Assembly (NCBI GenBank): GCA_963797095.1
Contig: CAWCNY010000001.1
Span: 416,001 to 480,000, forward strand
Direction: 5' to 3'
Length of the DNA: 64,000 bases
Origin: an uncultured Chloroflexia bacterium
GTDB taxonomy: Bacteria; Chloroflexota; Chloroflexia; QHBQ01; JADMIH01
The notes under the pieces: generated by a model
Seen by the model: only the letters and a program-made list of their open reading frames with translations
The model's database searches: none
What the model was told of the DNA's origin: nothing
Program-made: the position numbers and the translations under genes
Part shown: one piece after another, positions 19,680 through 29,748 of the stretch
Layout of the letters: every line of letters starts with the position of its first letter
Position numbering within the stretch: the first letter of the stretch is position 1

Positions 19680-20632
19680 AGCTCGTTCAAGAGGAGAGCT
19701 ACCCGGTACAGCTGGTTTGCCGTCTGCTGGACTACCCTCGCAGCAGCTACTACCATTACACTCAAGCTCAGACCACGTCTCGGGTCCAGAGTGCGCCAGA
19801 CCAAGAGGTAAAAGAGGCCATCCAAGCGGTTGCTGACCGCTGGTCTACCTATGGATACAGGCGCATCACCCATCAGCTACGCAGAAGCAAGGAAGCGGGT
19901 GGGTACGAGCTTCGGGCCAACCACAAGCGAGTGCGGCGGTTGATGCGTGAGATGGGCCTGCAAGGACGCATCCCTCGCCGTAAGAAGCGCACGACCAATA
20001 GTGCCCACTCGTTCCCACGCTACCCCAACCTGGTAGAGGGGCTGGCGGTGGTGCGACCAGAGCAGCTTTGGGTCGGGGACATCACCTACGTGCGCCTCGG
20101 GAGCGAGTTTGTCTACTTGGCTGTGGTCATGGATGTGTTCACTCGCTCAATCCGTGGGTGGCACCTCTCGCGGTGGCTGGATGCTGACCTTACTGAAACG
20201 GCACTGCGGCGGGCACTGCTCGTTGGCACTCCTCAAATCCACCACTCCGACCAGGGAGTACAGTACGCGGCGGGTGGCTACGTGCAGATGCTGGTGGGAG
20301 CGGGAGTTGCCATCAGCATGGCTGAGGTGGGGCAGGCGTGGCAGAACGGGTACGCGGAACGGGTGATTCGAACCATCAAGGAAGAGGAGGTAGATTTATC
20401 GGAATACATCGACTACAATGATGCTTACCAGCAGATCGGGCGGTTCCTGGACGAGGTGTACCAGCACAAGCGGATACACTCATCGCTGGGGTACATGACC
20501 CCTGCTGAGTTCGAGGCGCAGTGGGTTCAGCGCAACCAGAGCTGCAACCAGGTATATCTGGGTGGTGGCGTGGGGAGCCAGGACGCACTCGCCGCTAGCC
20601 GGTCAGCCCAGCCGGTCGGGGCTATTGACTAA
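19676..20632 (+). CDS. IS3 orfB (DDE integrase core)
   Basis: WVGDITY, HHSDQGVQY, NGYAER: intact DDE. Confidence 0.88.
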   Translation: MKLVQEESYPVQLVCRLLDYPRSSYYHYTQAQTTSRVQSAPDQEVKEAIQAVADRWSTYGYRRITHQLRRSKEAGGYELRANHKRVRRLMREMGLQGRIPRRKKRTTNSAHSFPRYPNLVEGLAVVRPEQLWVGDITYVRLGSEFVYLAVVMDVFTRSIRGWHLSRWLDADLTETALRRALLVGTPQIHHSDQGVQYAAGGYVQMLVGAGVAISMAEVGQAWQNGYAERVIRTIKEEEVDLSEYIDYNDAYQQIGRFLDEVYQHKRIHSSLGYMTPAEFEAQWVQRNQSCNQVYLGGGVGSQDALAASRSAQPVGAID

Positions 20633-20793
20633 CCTAAGCCCCATTTGTGTCCAACACCAAGGGCGCAGTACAGCATCCGCTGTGCCCGTGCGCTTGGACA
20701 TGAGTGGCGCCCGGAGATTTCTCGTGCTATGGATCTTGCGATTTTGCATGGCCCTGCTCATTTTGCTTGTTTACCCTACTATGATACATGTTA

Positions 20794-21100
20794 CTAACTC
20801 GCGACATCTGGCGATTCACGTCCCAGTTCGGGACGAACTGTATCTATCTTGGACCGCGAGTCGGATATCTTCTTGATTACCACCCCAATGACCGTATAGT
20901 AACTCACTGGGCCCCAGGAAAGTGAGTCATACCCTCCCGGTAAGTTGTCACTCAGAACGAAAATATGTCCGGGAGGAATATGCCATGTGCGCTTACCCTC
21001 CCTATCATGTTCTAGGCGGTACTTGTCCTGGAACTTGGGTGCCACGTCGGCAAGCGATGTGATGATGGTGTCACCGGCAACAACAGAGGCAATCAGGCGG
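20794..21100 (-). pseudogene. S26 signal peptidase C-terminal remnant
   Basis: GDTIIT..., RTWHIPPGHIFVLSDN.PGG.DSL.WGP, closely paralogous to 37756-38427; no Ser/Lys boxes visible. Confidence 0.7.
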
Positions 21101-21371
21101 GCTATGGCCTCGGAGGGCGGACCCGTGGCTGCACATTCGGCTGTGCCAGTGTTCGCTCACAATACGCAGGCGCAACCCGACTGACCCACCTTGCAGATGA
21201 AGATTCACTAAAACCATGAGCAGCCTCAATCTTCGATTCGTGCGTAAAACAGATTGGGAACACTCAACGACCCCACCCCAACCCCTCCCCAAATTTTAGC
21301 ATATTTTAGAACCAGATTGCACGGTTGCGAATCCGAACCCAAAATTCGCGATGTTTCATGTTCTAAAAATC

Positions 21372-22343
21372 CTACGCGTGATGGCGCAGCAAGGCTTTGC
21401 CTCGCCTGAGCGCGCTCCCCAGCGGGCTTATCCTCAGCTTGAACCTGTTCAGCGAAAGGCCCGCCGTCGCGCCTATCCTGTGCATCATATATGGGTCTGT
21501 CTTGCCCGGCGTGTTATACCCTGCCATCATTGTGAAAGCCCCTATCAACCCGGCGCTCCGTACGGCTTGTGAACTTGTTTCGCCGATCGCGTAAGATTGA
21601 CCGTTCGGGTAGGCGAACAGGGGCAATGGCCTCTTGAGGTGGGCGTTGAGGTCGGCCAATGAGCCTTCTATCTCGTCGCGCATGCGCTGGGGATTCGTGC
21701 GCGAAAGGATGGGATGCCGCCGAGTGTGCGGGCCGATTGCCACATCTCCGGTCTCGCTCAGGGCGATCAACTCTGTCCAATCGAGACGCTGCTTCTCGCT
21801 GCTCGGTTTTATGCCGCACGCCTGCGCGATCATCTCCACAAGGCGCTCGGCTTCGTCCGCATCTGAATGCTCGACTGCTACCACCAGCGTTTTATAAGCC
21901 GTGCCTCTCTGTTCCTTTGTGCCAAGCGCGAGCCGTCCCACGCCCGGCACTTCGATTTCTCGATTCTCTGTTCGCTCAATTACCCTGTGTAGAGTGTCCC
22001 ACCAGAACGGTTCGCACGGATTGGACGTGTAGCCTGTCGCCACAAACAGCGTTGAGGGGAGTCCGTAGCGGCGCATTATTGGTGCCGCCGTGTCCATGAA
22101 GCAGCTATTTCCATCGTCGAAAGTGATCATCAGGGCACGCGGCGGCAAGGGCTTGCCATCGCGCAGGCTTTCGACCAGTTGCCACCCCGAAATGACGTTA
22201 TACCTGCCCGCGATCCACCTCATCTGCGCCTCGAACTCGTCGGGATACGCATCTATGAGCGCAGGCGACAGGTCGCGATTGGCTGTGTTGTCCGGAGTAT
22301 CGATCCTGTGGTACGCCAGGGTTGTCAATGTGCCGCCTGCCAC
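21372..22343 (-). CDS. Polysaccharide deacetylase (CE4/NodB)
   Basis: LAYHRI, ITFDDG, HT..HP, FAYPNG; GTG start next to the upstream stop. Confidence 0.9.
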   Translation of the reverse strand: MAGGTLTTLAYHRIDTPDNTANRDLSPALIDAYPDEFEAQMRWIAGRYNVISGWQLVESLRDGKPLPPRALMITFDDGNSCFMDTAAPIMRRYGLPSTLFVATGYTSNPCEPFWWDTLHRVIERTENREIEVPGVGRLALGTKEQRGTAYKTLVVAVEHSDADEAERLVEMIAQACGIKPSSEKQRLDWTELIALSETGDVAIGPHTRRHPILSRTNPQRMRDEIEGSLADLNAHLKRPLPLFAYPNGQSYAIGETSSQAVRSAGLIGAFTMMAGYNTPGKTDPYMMHRIGATAGLSLNRFKLRISPLGSALRRGKALLRHHA

Positions 22344-22344
22344 C

Positions 22345-24891
22345 TCATTGCCCCACCTTCTGCCCGTACTTGCTCTCGAAAACGACCGCGCCCAACTGGG
22401 ATACCTGCACCCCGTACACGGTGTCGGCCAAGCGCGGGTGGTATTCCAGTGCTGCTTTCTTGAAGTATTGTACCCACACATCTTTACCGTTGGCGTTGGT
22501 ATCCAGCAACACGTGGCTGATAGGCGCTCCGAAAACGTGCGGCCCGCCGTTGGCTACCCAGAAGTCGAAGAACTTTTGCGGAACCTCCATCCCATCCTCA
22601 AAGATCACCTGCTCACCGTCCAGGCCGCGAGGCAATTTCGCTACAGGCGACCCGCTGCCGGTGATGGGCATCTCAAGCCCCAGGTTGCCACACTGCACAT
22701 CGTCGGGCGTGCCGGCCAGCTTCGGATAGTATTCCAGCCTGGCTTTCTCGAAGTATTGCACATCGATCAACTCTCCCTGCGTGCTGATTTCGTAGAATCG
22801 CGGGGTGATCGGGTAGCCGAACACAGGCACTCCACCATTCGTATGCCAGAACCCGAACATCTTCTCGTAGACATCGTGCATTGGCCGCTCGGCATTCCAG
22901 GCCACGAACTTGCCGGGCCTTGTCCTTACCTCGCCGTTCAGTCGTATGCGCAAGTCCATATCCCAGGCCATGAGGTTATAGGGGTCGCGCTCAAGTGCCA
23001 ATTCGACCATAACCCTCGCCACTTTGAGGTCGCCTCTGCTCAGCGCGGCCTCTCCGGTCGATAGCCATGTTTCCAACCTGGCAACCTGCGCCGTGCTCTT
23101 CGTTCCCAGCCTGCGCACATATGCAGAGCGCTCGTTCCAGGCTGCGGTATCCGGTTTCTTCTGGCCCGGCTCTTCAGCCAGGATCACGGTCGAGAACAGA
23201 TGCTCGACCTGTGGCGATTCCATGCTCTCGACTACCTCCCCGTATGTAGATGTTGCCATCGTCTTGTTCCTCCCAAACCATCCTCGAAGACCTGTTCGTC
23301 TGATCCGCTTGTTGTTCGATCCTTGATTCACCTGCCCAACTGTCACTGTTGCCATGGGCAAAACGGGCACATAGCTCCTGGCGATAAGGCGTAGTGCCGC
23401 TATTAGCGAAATGATCATCCACAACATATACAAGAATGCGCCGTGTAACGACATGGCAGTGACCAAGTAGCCAATAAACACAATAGCTAACCACCCAGCA
23501 AGCTGGTGTTCCCTGGTCGCCCCTGCGAACTTGAACCGCCTGCGAGCATCTATAAGAGCGAGCCACGCCGTTACTAGCAGGCCCCCGAACACGATGATGC
23601 CCATAACGCCATGCTCTGCCGCTACTTCGAGATAGAGGTTGTGGGGTGGAATGCCCGTAGACACCCTCGCGAACTCCGTCCCCTCCAGGTAGTCCAACTG
23701 GTAAAGAGGATAGTTCTCCCTTCCCACGCCAATGAGGGGGTGGTCGGCGAACATCTCGATTGCCGCCTGTGTCGCGCCAGCTCGCCCCCTGATCGAGTCC
23801 TCTCCGATAATGGTCAACTGGTTGCCCTGTGCTACGTCAACGATAGTTGTAAGGCGCTCCATGTAATTAGATGGCAGGAGCGGCACAGCCAACAGCAGCG
23901 CCACCACACCACCCACTAACAAGAGCGGATTGGGGCGCTTGAATATCACCACTGCGATGGCGATAACCCCAAGTGCCAGCGCGTCGCCTCGTGAATAGGT
24001 GAGGATCACAGCTACCAACAGTATCCCGGAGCAGACAAGGCCCGCCAGCCTCGCCAGAGCGCCCCGCGCCTCAAACAGCAGATAGAGCGCAATGGGCACT
24101 ACTATCAACAGCAATTGCCCGTAGTAGTTGGCGTCGCCAATAGTCCCGCCGGGCCGCGCGCCTTCGGTGTCGCCCGCGATATCGCTCACGCGGTACTGCG
24201 CCAGCCCACCGAAATCCTGATCATAGCGCCCGGTTACGGCCTGGAAGATCGTCAACGAGGCCAGAAACACCCCCGCTGCCATCACCGCATACAGGGCAAC
24301 GTGCATCCTGCGTATGGTCGTAAGGGAGTTGATCACTATCAGATAGGTGAAGAAATCGCGGAGGAACTCGATCATGTTGTCCACGACCAGGCTGGAATTA
24401 CGAGCGTAGACCACGCCAAGGGCAACCATCAGGCCGTATGCTATGAGCCACCACGTCAGCCGGTCGCCCGCCGGCCTTTCATGCTGCACGAAGACCCGGT
24501 AGCCAAGCACGGCGGTTACCAGTGCCATGCCTATGAAGCGTGCCAGCGACGGGAAATCGTGATACCTGACGAGGATGCTCAGGAGGTCTGTGTAGACAAG
24601 CACCAGGTAGATGATAGATGCCCAATGCGGTCGCGCCAGCACCACCAGCAACCCGAAGGGAGCGAGCAGGCCGAGCACCAGCATTACAGTGCTAAGGCCA
24701 AGCCCCACGCCCAAGCCGAGACCCAGGCCCGCCACCAGGGCCGCCACCAGGGCCGCCAGCACGACCGGCCATGACCAGCGCGATTGTCCAGGCTGCGGGG
24801 CAGCACCGGGCTGATAAGCCTGTGAGCCGGGCAAATGGAACCCGCCCTCGCGGGCTAGCCCTCCCAATACTCTTGTCTCCGTGAGGCTCAT
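22345..24891 (-). CDS. O-antigen ligase/Wzy-family protein with a C-terminal repeat extension
   Basis: Multi-TM, GDANYYG, TYSRG, PHNLYLEVAAEHG; two FW..NGG..VFG.PI...VQYF..A.LE repeats. Confidence 0.85.
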   Translation of the reverse strand: MSLTETRVLGGLAREGGFHLPGSQAYQPGAAPQPGQSRWSWPVVLAALVAALVAGLGLGLGVGLGLSTVMLVLGLLAPFGLLVVLARPHWASIIYLVLVYTDLLSILVRYHDFPSLARFIGMALVTAVLGYRVFVQHERPAGDRLTWWLIAYGLMVALGVVYARNSSLVVDNMIEFLRDFFTYLIVINSLTTIRRMHVALYAVMAAGVFLASLTIFQAVTGRYDQDFGGLAQYRVSDIAGDTEGARPGGTIGDANYYGQLLLIVVPIALYLLFEARGALARLAGLVCSGILLVAVILTYSRGDALALGVIAIAVVIFKRPNPLLLVGGVVALLLAVPLLPSNYMERLTTIVDVAQGNQLTIIGEDSIRGRAGATQAAIEMFADHPLIGVGRENYPLYQLDYLEGTEFARVSTGIPPHNLYLEVAAEHGVMGIIVFGGLLVTAWLALIDARRRFKFAGATREHQLAGWLAIVFIGYLVTAMSLHGAFLYMLWMIISLIAALRLIARSYVPVLPMATVTVGQVNQGSNNKRIRRTGLRGWFGRNKTMATSTYGEVVESMESPQVEHLFSTVILAEEPGQKKPDTAAWNERSAYVRRLGTKSTAQVARLETWLSTGEAALSRGDLKVARVMVELALERDPYNLMAWDMDLRIRLNGEVRTRPGKFVAWNAERPMHDVYEKMFGFWHTNGGVPVFGYPITPRFYEISTQGELIDVQYFEKARLEYYPKLAGTPDDVQCGNLGLEMPITGSGSPVAKLPRGLDGEQVIFEDGMEVPQKFFDFWVANGGPHVFGAPISHVLLDTNANGKDVWVQYFKKAALEYHPRLADTVYGVQVSQLGAVVFESKYGQKVGQ

Positions 24892-24898
24892 TGCCGTC

Positions 24899-25765
24899 CT
24901 AACCTGGGTACGAGTTGTCTTTGCGGGTCGGTTGGAGCGCATCGCCGTGCTGTGGCTCTGCATCGGCGTCGTTCGGCCAGCTTCCCACGCGGGGCTGTCG
25001 CCCAGGCAGCAGGTATCCGGTTGTGAGCCGCCCGCCATTGATCACCGTCATATCGTCGTGTCCGATCTGTTGAGCATTGGGCGGCGGCGGGGCCAGCGAA
25101 GGCATCGCCGATGGCAGGGCCTGCACGCCATTGGGGACCAGAGAGCGTATCTGCGGCTCGTATGCGACCCGGCGCGGCATCCTGAGGTACTCGATTGCCA
25201 GTGCCAGCAGTATGCCGAGCGCCAGTCCAAGCCCTGCGCCTATCGGTATATCTCTGCTTGGCACCGGTGAGGTCGGCGCTGTCGGCACGACAGCCATCTC
25301 GATTGGCGCAAGCTCTATCACTCTGTACAGTTCAAGCCCGCTTGCTACCGAGGCATTCACGGTGGCGTTCACGTAGTTAGTCAGCAGTTGCGGGTCGCGG
25401 CCTTTCGCGGTCAGCTCGATAACGGTTGTGTCGGGCAGCACATTGGCCTCGATTGGATAGTCTTTGGCGGTTGTTGGGTTAAGGCCGACTTCGTCTTGTG
25501 CCTGTTTCTGCACATCGGCTGAGGTGAATAGCTGCGCGAACGTTCCGATCACCGACTTCATACCGAGCTGGCTGATCATATTTACCAGGTCTCGTGTATC
25601 GGTGAGCACGCCGGTCGCGGGCCTGGCCACCACCCGCGCCTGCACGCTGTATGTGGGCGACTTCGTGAACGAGATAGCCGCCGCGACCCCTGTAGAGATG
25701 AGCGCCGTCAGCAGCACGACCCACCAGTAGCGGCCTATGATCTTTAGATAAGTAACTACTTCCAT
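24899..25765 (-). CDS. Wzz/CapA-like chain-length determinant
   Basis: YL..I.RYWW, N-terminal TM, PTY, Pro-rich segment then second TM GLGLALG..LA..IEYL. Confidence 0.8.
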   Translation of the reverse strand: MEVVTYLKIIGRYWWVVLLTALISTGVAAAISFTKSPTYSVQARVVARPATGVLTDTRDLVNMISQLGMKSVIGTFAQLFTSADVQKQAQDEVGLNPTTAKDYPIEANVLPDTTVIELTAKGRDPQLLTNYVNATVNASVASGLELYRVIELAPIEMAVVPTAPTSPVPSRDIPIGAGLGLALGILLALAIEYLRMPRRVAYEPQIRSLVPNGVQALPSAMPSLAPPPPNAQQIGHDDMTVINGGRLTTGYLLPGRQPRVGSWPNDADAEPQHGDALQPTRKDNSYPG

Positions 25766-25774
25766 ACCAGTCTC

Positions 25775-28195
25775 CTATGACGAATGGCGAGTGACGAGTG
25801 TGGCGCGTCGTCTTTCGCCGACCTTACGCGCGTAAAGCTCTCTGTAGATTTCGTCCACGCGGCTTACCATGTGCTCAGTCGTGTATGCTTTGCGCACCCG
25901 CGCCAGTCCGGCTTCTCCCAGCCTGTGGCGCAACGATGCATCGCTTGCCAATCGCTCAAGTGCTAATACGAGCCTGGATTCATCCCCGGGCCGCACCAGC
26001 AAGCCGTTCACGTCGTCTTCCACTATCTCAGGCACGCCTCCGACCTGCGTCGCTACCAGGGGCAGACCCACCGCCATAGCTTCCAGCAGGACGATTGGAA
26101 GCGCCTCGTTATTCGACGGAAGCACGAAGAGGTCCATCGCGCCCAGCAGGCGTGGGGTGTCCTGTCGCGTGCCCACAAATTGCACTCTGTCTGTCTGCCC
26201 TTGTGCCAACTCGGTGTTCAATCTTTCCAAATCGGGTCGCAACTGACCATCACCAACGATCAGAAGGCGAACCTGCTCATTCTTAGGTTTGTAGATAGCC
26301 CTGATAAGGTGGTCAACGCCTCCCTTCTCCGGGCTAAGCCTTCCCACCAGCCCGGCCAGCAAAGTATCGCCCGATATACCGAGTTCGCGCCTCGCGCCCA
26401 CTCTCTCCTCAGGGGTGGGTGGTCTGAATGTGGCCGTATCTACCCCATTGTAAAGCACACCAATCGTCTGTAGAGGCACCCCCTCGACCTTGCTGACCAG
26501 TCGCTTGCTGGCCTCGGAGGGCACAAGCACGCGGTCGCTAAGCCGGTGGAGCAGGCGGTTGACCAGTGCTTCGCGCACCGAGATGGTAGACCAATGCTCG
26601 TGCGCGATGATTACGGGCACACCTGCCAGCTTACCCAGCAATCGGCCCAGCGTGTTCGAGCCGAACAGGTGTGTATGGAGTATATCCACCCGCTCGCGCT
26701 TCATCAATCTTACCAGTTTCAGCCATTGGCCCACGTCCCAGCGGCTCGTGCGCCCCTGTACGAAGGTACGCACGCTTGCAGCATCCAGCATCGGCTGGTA
26801 GTTGCCAGCGCTCCTGGTCGCGCACACCGCCACGTTGTACCTGCTTCTGTCCAGGTGGATTGCAATATCGGCCAGGGCTTTTTCGGCCCCGCCCCGCCCG
26901 GTAACATCCGTCAGTTGCATGACGTTCAATTTGGGAGCGCGCACGGCAAGACGTGGAGCCGCAGTTGTGCCACCACGAACCGATTCAGGCAGGTTCCGCA
27001 CTCCCTGTTCAGCGCCTCGCATCTCGTACAACTCGGTCAGCTTGCTTGCGTGCTCCTCCCACCTGAACTGGCTTTCCACGTAGGCACGCGCTACTCCGGC
27101 CAGTTCCGCACGCCTTCCGGGGTTGTCAATGAGCACCCTGATCGCTTCGGCGAAATCGCGTGCGGTGTCGGCCACCAGCAATTGGCGACCGTGCTCGGCT
27201 CCCACACCGCGATTGCCTATGGAAGTGGTCACCACCGGAGCGCCCGCCGACATAGCCTCAAGCACCTTGTTCTGGATGCCAGAACCGGATCGCATCGGAG
27301 CGACCGCGACGGTTGCTTTTGCCAGCCATGCGCCCAGGTCATGCACCTTGCCGAGCACCTCCACAGCCGGGGTGCGCAGTCCCATAGCTCGCACGCGCTC
27401 GCTTGGACTTGTCCCCACCACCAGGAAGCGCAGGTTGGGGCGCACTCCTCGGAGTAAAGGCCACACCTTGTCTAAGAACCACAGCACCGCCTCTTCGTTC
27501 GGCCCATATGCCATGTTGCCTGTGAAGATCAATGTGGCAGTGTCCCGTGCCTCGGCCGGCCTGAAAGGGAAGCGGTTCAAGTCCACGCCGTTGGGGATGA
27601 CCACGATCTTATCTTCGCCACCGAGCGCTTCCTTATCGGCGGGTGACGACACTGCCAGCGCGAGAAACCGCTCCACGCTCTCCTGCTCATACCGGCGCAC
27701 CCGCCTGTACTCCATCTCGTAGGCAAGCCTCACCGGGCCATGCGCGCTCTTGCGCCTGGCCTCAAGATTGAGAGCCAGCGAATCGATCAGGTCCGCGACC
27801 ACCGGCGGGCGCGAAGTGGCTCTATCCCACACGTAGGGCAGCATCCTGATCAGGGCAACGTGCACCGCGTCGAATTTGTCCTCCGCCATGCGCCGGGCCA
27901 ACAGATCGCGGAACCTGCCCGACATATAGTGGCTTACCTGCAGAGGCCTGGTCCCGAACACTCCCAACGCCATGTTCAGCATGGCACGCGATTTAGGCAA
28001 ACGGACCACTGCTACATCGTCGCACAGGCGCTCTATATGGGCGCGGTCGTGCTCGCTTACGGGAGCATCGGCGATGCTGAGCAGGGTAATGCTGTGCCCG
28101 GCCTCATGGAGCGCGCTGATCTGGTGGTACGCACGTAGCGTATCGCCTTTGATCGGAGGATATGGGAACCTGGGAGTAAGAAATAGGATTCGCAC
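25775..28195 (-). CDS. Tandem GT4-GT4 glycosyltransferase
   Basis: Two GT-B signatures: QNKVLEAMSAG and EALPIVLLEAMAVG. Confidence 0.9.
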   Translation of the reverse strand: MRILFLTPRFPYPPIKGDTLRAYHQISALHEAGHSITLLSIADAPVSEHDRAHIERLCDDVAVVRLPKSRAMLNMALGVFGTRPLQVSHYMSGRFRDLLARRMAEDKFDAVHVALIRMLPYVWDRATSRPPVVADLIDSLALNLEARRKSAHGPVRLAYEMEYRRVRRYEQESVERFLALAVSSPADKEALGGEDKIVVIPNGVDLNRFPFRPAEARDTATLIFTGNMAYGPNEEAVLWFLDKVWPLLRGVRPNLRFLVVGTSPSERVRAMGLRTPAVEVLGKVHDLGAWLAKATVAVAPMRSGSGIQNKVLEAMSAGAPVVTTSIGNRGVGAEHGRQLLVADTARDFAEAIRVLIDNPGRRAELAGVARAYVESQFRWEEHASKLTELYEMRGAEQGVRNLPESVRGGTTAAPRLAVRAPKLNVMQLTDVTGRGGAEKALADIAIHLDRSRYNVAVCATRSAGNYQPMLDAASVRTFVQGRTSRWDVGQWLKLVRLMKRERVDILHTHLFGSNTLGRLLGKLAGVPVIIAHEHWSTISVREALVNRLLHRLSDRVLVPSEASKRLVSKVEGVPLQTIGVLYNGVDTATFRPPTPEERVGARRELGISGDTLLAGLVGRLSPEKGGVDHLIRAIYKPKNEQVRLLIVGDGQLRPDLERLNTELAQGQTDRVQFVGTRQDTPRLLGAMDLFVLPSNNEALPIVLLEAMAVGLPLVATQVGGVPEIVEDDVNGLLVRPGDESRLVLALERLASDASLRHRLGEAGLARVRKAYTTEHMVSRVDEIYRELYARKVGERRRATLVTRHSS

Positions 28196-28588
28196 GGTGG
28201 CAGCGTCGGGTGATACCAGGGCCACACACGAGGCGACGATCCGGCACAACTCAGGCAGCCGTTCCTGTCCAAAAAAAAGTAGGCCGCCTATCGCTATGCG
28301 ACGCCGGTGACTATAAAACTAACGTTCAATCAGCAGCATGCTGCTGCGCTTGTGGCAAGCCAGAGGCCGGTCCCACATCGTGTGCCTCGTGCTTCACACG
28401 ATGTGAGTGTGAGCATATTGCCTTTCGGCGCGTTGTGCGGTCACGGTCTTTGAGAGATAAAGTAATCGCCGCTCGCCTCGATAATGTGCTCACCGGGATA
28501 TTCTTTGGTGCTTGCTACCATATTGTAACCCAGCCCCCATGCGTGCACAATTACCCATTAGCGGTATATTTCTACTACCCTCCGGCCT

Positions 28589-29458
28589 TCAGAGGCGCGA
28601 TTCACCACGCGCGTGTAAGCGCCGCTCGATGTCGTCCGCCATCAACTTTACTGCCTCCGGCGAGAACTGAAAGAACAATGACGGCTCGATTAACTCAAGC
28701 TCCATCAGCCTGAGCCTCCCTTGATCGTCGGGTGCTATGTCTATGCGAGCATAAAGTGGAATCTCTATAAGCACGTCCAGCACACCCACCGCGAAGTCGA
28801 TCTCCTCCGGCATGGCCTGGGCGGGTCGGCTTGCGTGTTCCATTTCGTCGCCCATGAACGGCTCTGGCCGCCGCACCGCATGGGTGTATGCGCCGTCGAT
28901 GAAAATGAGCGATCTCTCACCGTAATCGTGTACAGATCGCATGAACGGCTGCACCATCAATTCTCTCGTGGGAAGCAGCCTCTCTATATGCGCCTCAGCC
29001 TTCTCAATCTCATTGGCCGGAAAAAGCGCGGTCTCGAAACTCGACGCCGACACCGAAGGCTTGATGACGAACCTGTCCCAATCTCTTTCCGATATTAGCG
29101 CGCCAATATTGACCTGCGTGCCGGCTTTCAGCCACTGTGTAGGTACCGTGTCTATCCCGCGCCTTTCAAGATCTCGTAAGTAGCACTTTTGAGAGTTCCA
29201 CCGAACCAACTCAGGCGCGTTCAATACTCGCGATTGCTCTTCAGCGCGGCTCAACCATGCCAGATACTCATCCAGCCGCAAGTGATAATCCCAGGTCTCC
29301 CTTATCAGGCAAAGGGAAGGTTTGGACCAATCCACCATGGGGTCATCCCATACCAGAGGCGCGACCGCGACCCCGCGCGCCTGCAACTCCCTGAGCAGGA
29401 GCAAATCGTCCTCTACAAGATCGGGGAGTGCGGCACAAGTTACAAATGCGACATCCAT
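28589..29458 (-). CDS. RimK/DcsG-like ATP-grasp ligase
   Basis: WDYH, N..K.YL..L, VIKP..SA, YARID, LMELELIEPSLF. Confidence 0.85.
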   Translation of the reverse strand: MDVAFVTCAALPDLVEDDLLLLRELQARGVAVAPLVWDDPMVDWSKPSLCLIRETWDYHLRLDEYLAWLSRAEEQSRVLNAPELVRWNSQKCYLRDLERRGIDTVPTQWLKAGTQVNIGALISERDWDRFVIKPSVSASSFETALFPANEIEKAEAHIERLLPTRELMVQPFMRSVHDYGERSLIFIDGAYTHAVRRPEPFMGDEMEHASRPAQAMPEEIDFAVGVLDVLIEIPLYARIDIAPDDQGRLRLMELELIEPSLFFQFSPEAVKLMADDIERRLHARGESRL

Positions 29459-29539
29459 CTCCCACCGTTCTCCCACCGCTACCGCAACATATATATCCGT
29501 CGTTTATCTTTCGTCTTTCGTAGTCCGTCTCGCAGACAA

Positions 29540-29658
29540 ACAGAAACCCCAGACGGTCCTGACGGATCTTCTGGGGGCCTGTTAGTCTTTAGAAACAGAC
29601 CCGAAAGCCTAATTCCTTCGACTGATTTGAGTATATGGCAGTGGGGCGTGCGTGTCAA
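29540..29658 (-). promoter_or_regulatory. Sigma70 promoter with a structured, terminator-containing leader
   Basis: TTGACA(29658-29653)-N17-TATACT(29635-29630); CCCCAGA...TCTGGGG-TTTCTGTTT hairpin. Confidence 0.6.
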
Positions 29659-29748
29659 CGACTAATCGCGATAGTTTTCCCCAATGCCGTCATTGTTGGA
29701 AGGGGCTACGCATCTACCCGCAACCACCAATCGCCAACCGGCAACTGA

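Larger units (their letters stand above)
19271..20672 (+). mobile_element. IS3-family element
   Basis: IRs TGTAGTGCGCCCCGGGACTTGGACACA and (reverse complement) TGTACTGCGCCCTTGGTGTTGGACACA; A-AAA-AAG slip site at 19622-19628. Confidence 0.9.

Noticed and set aside
18944-20632. 562-aa novel transposase
   Set aside because: Chance in-frame join of the IS6 N-terminus to IS3 orfB across the IS3 IR at 19271
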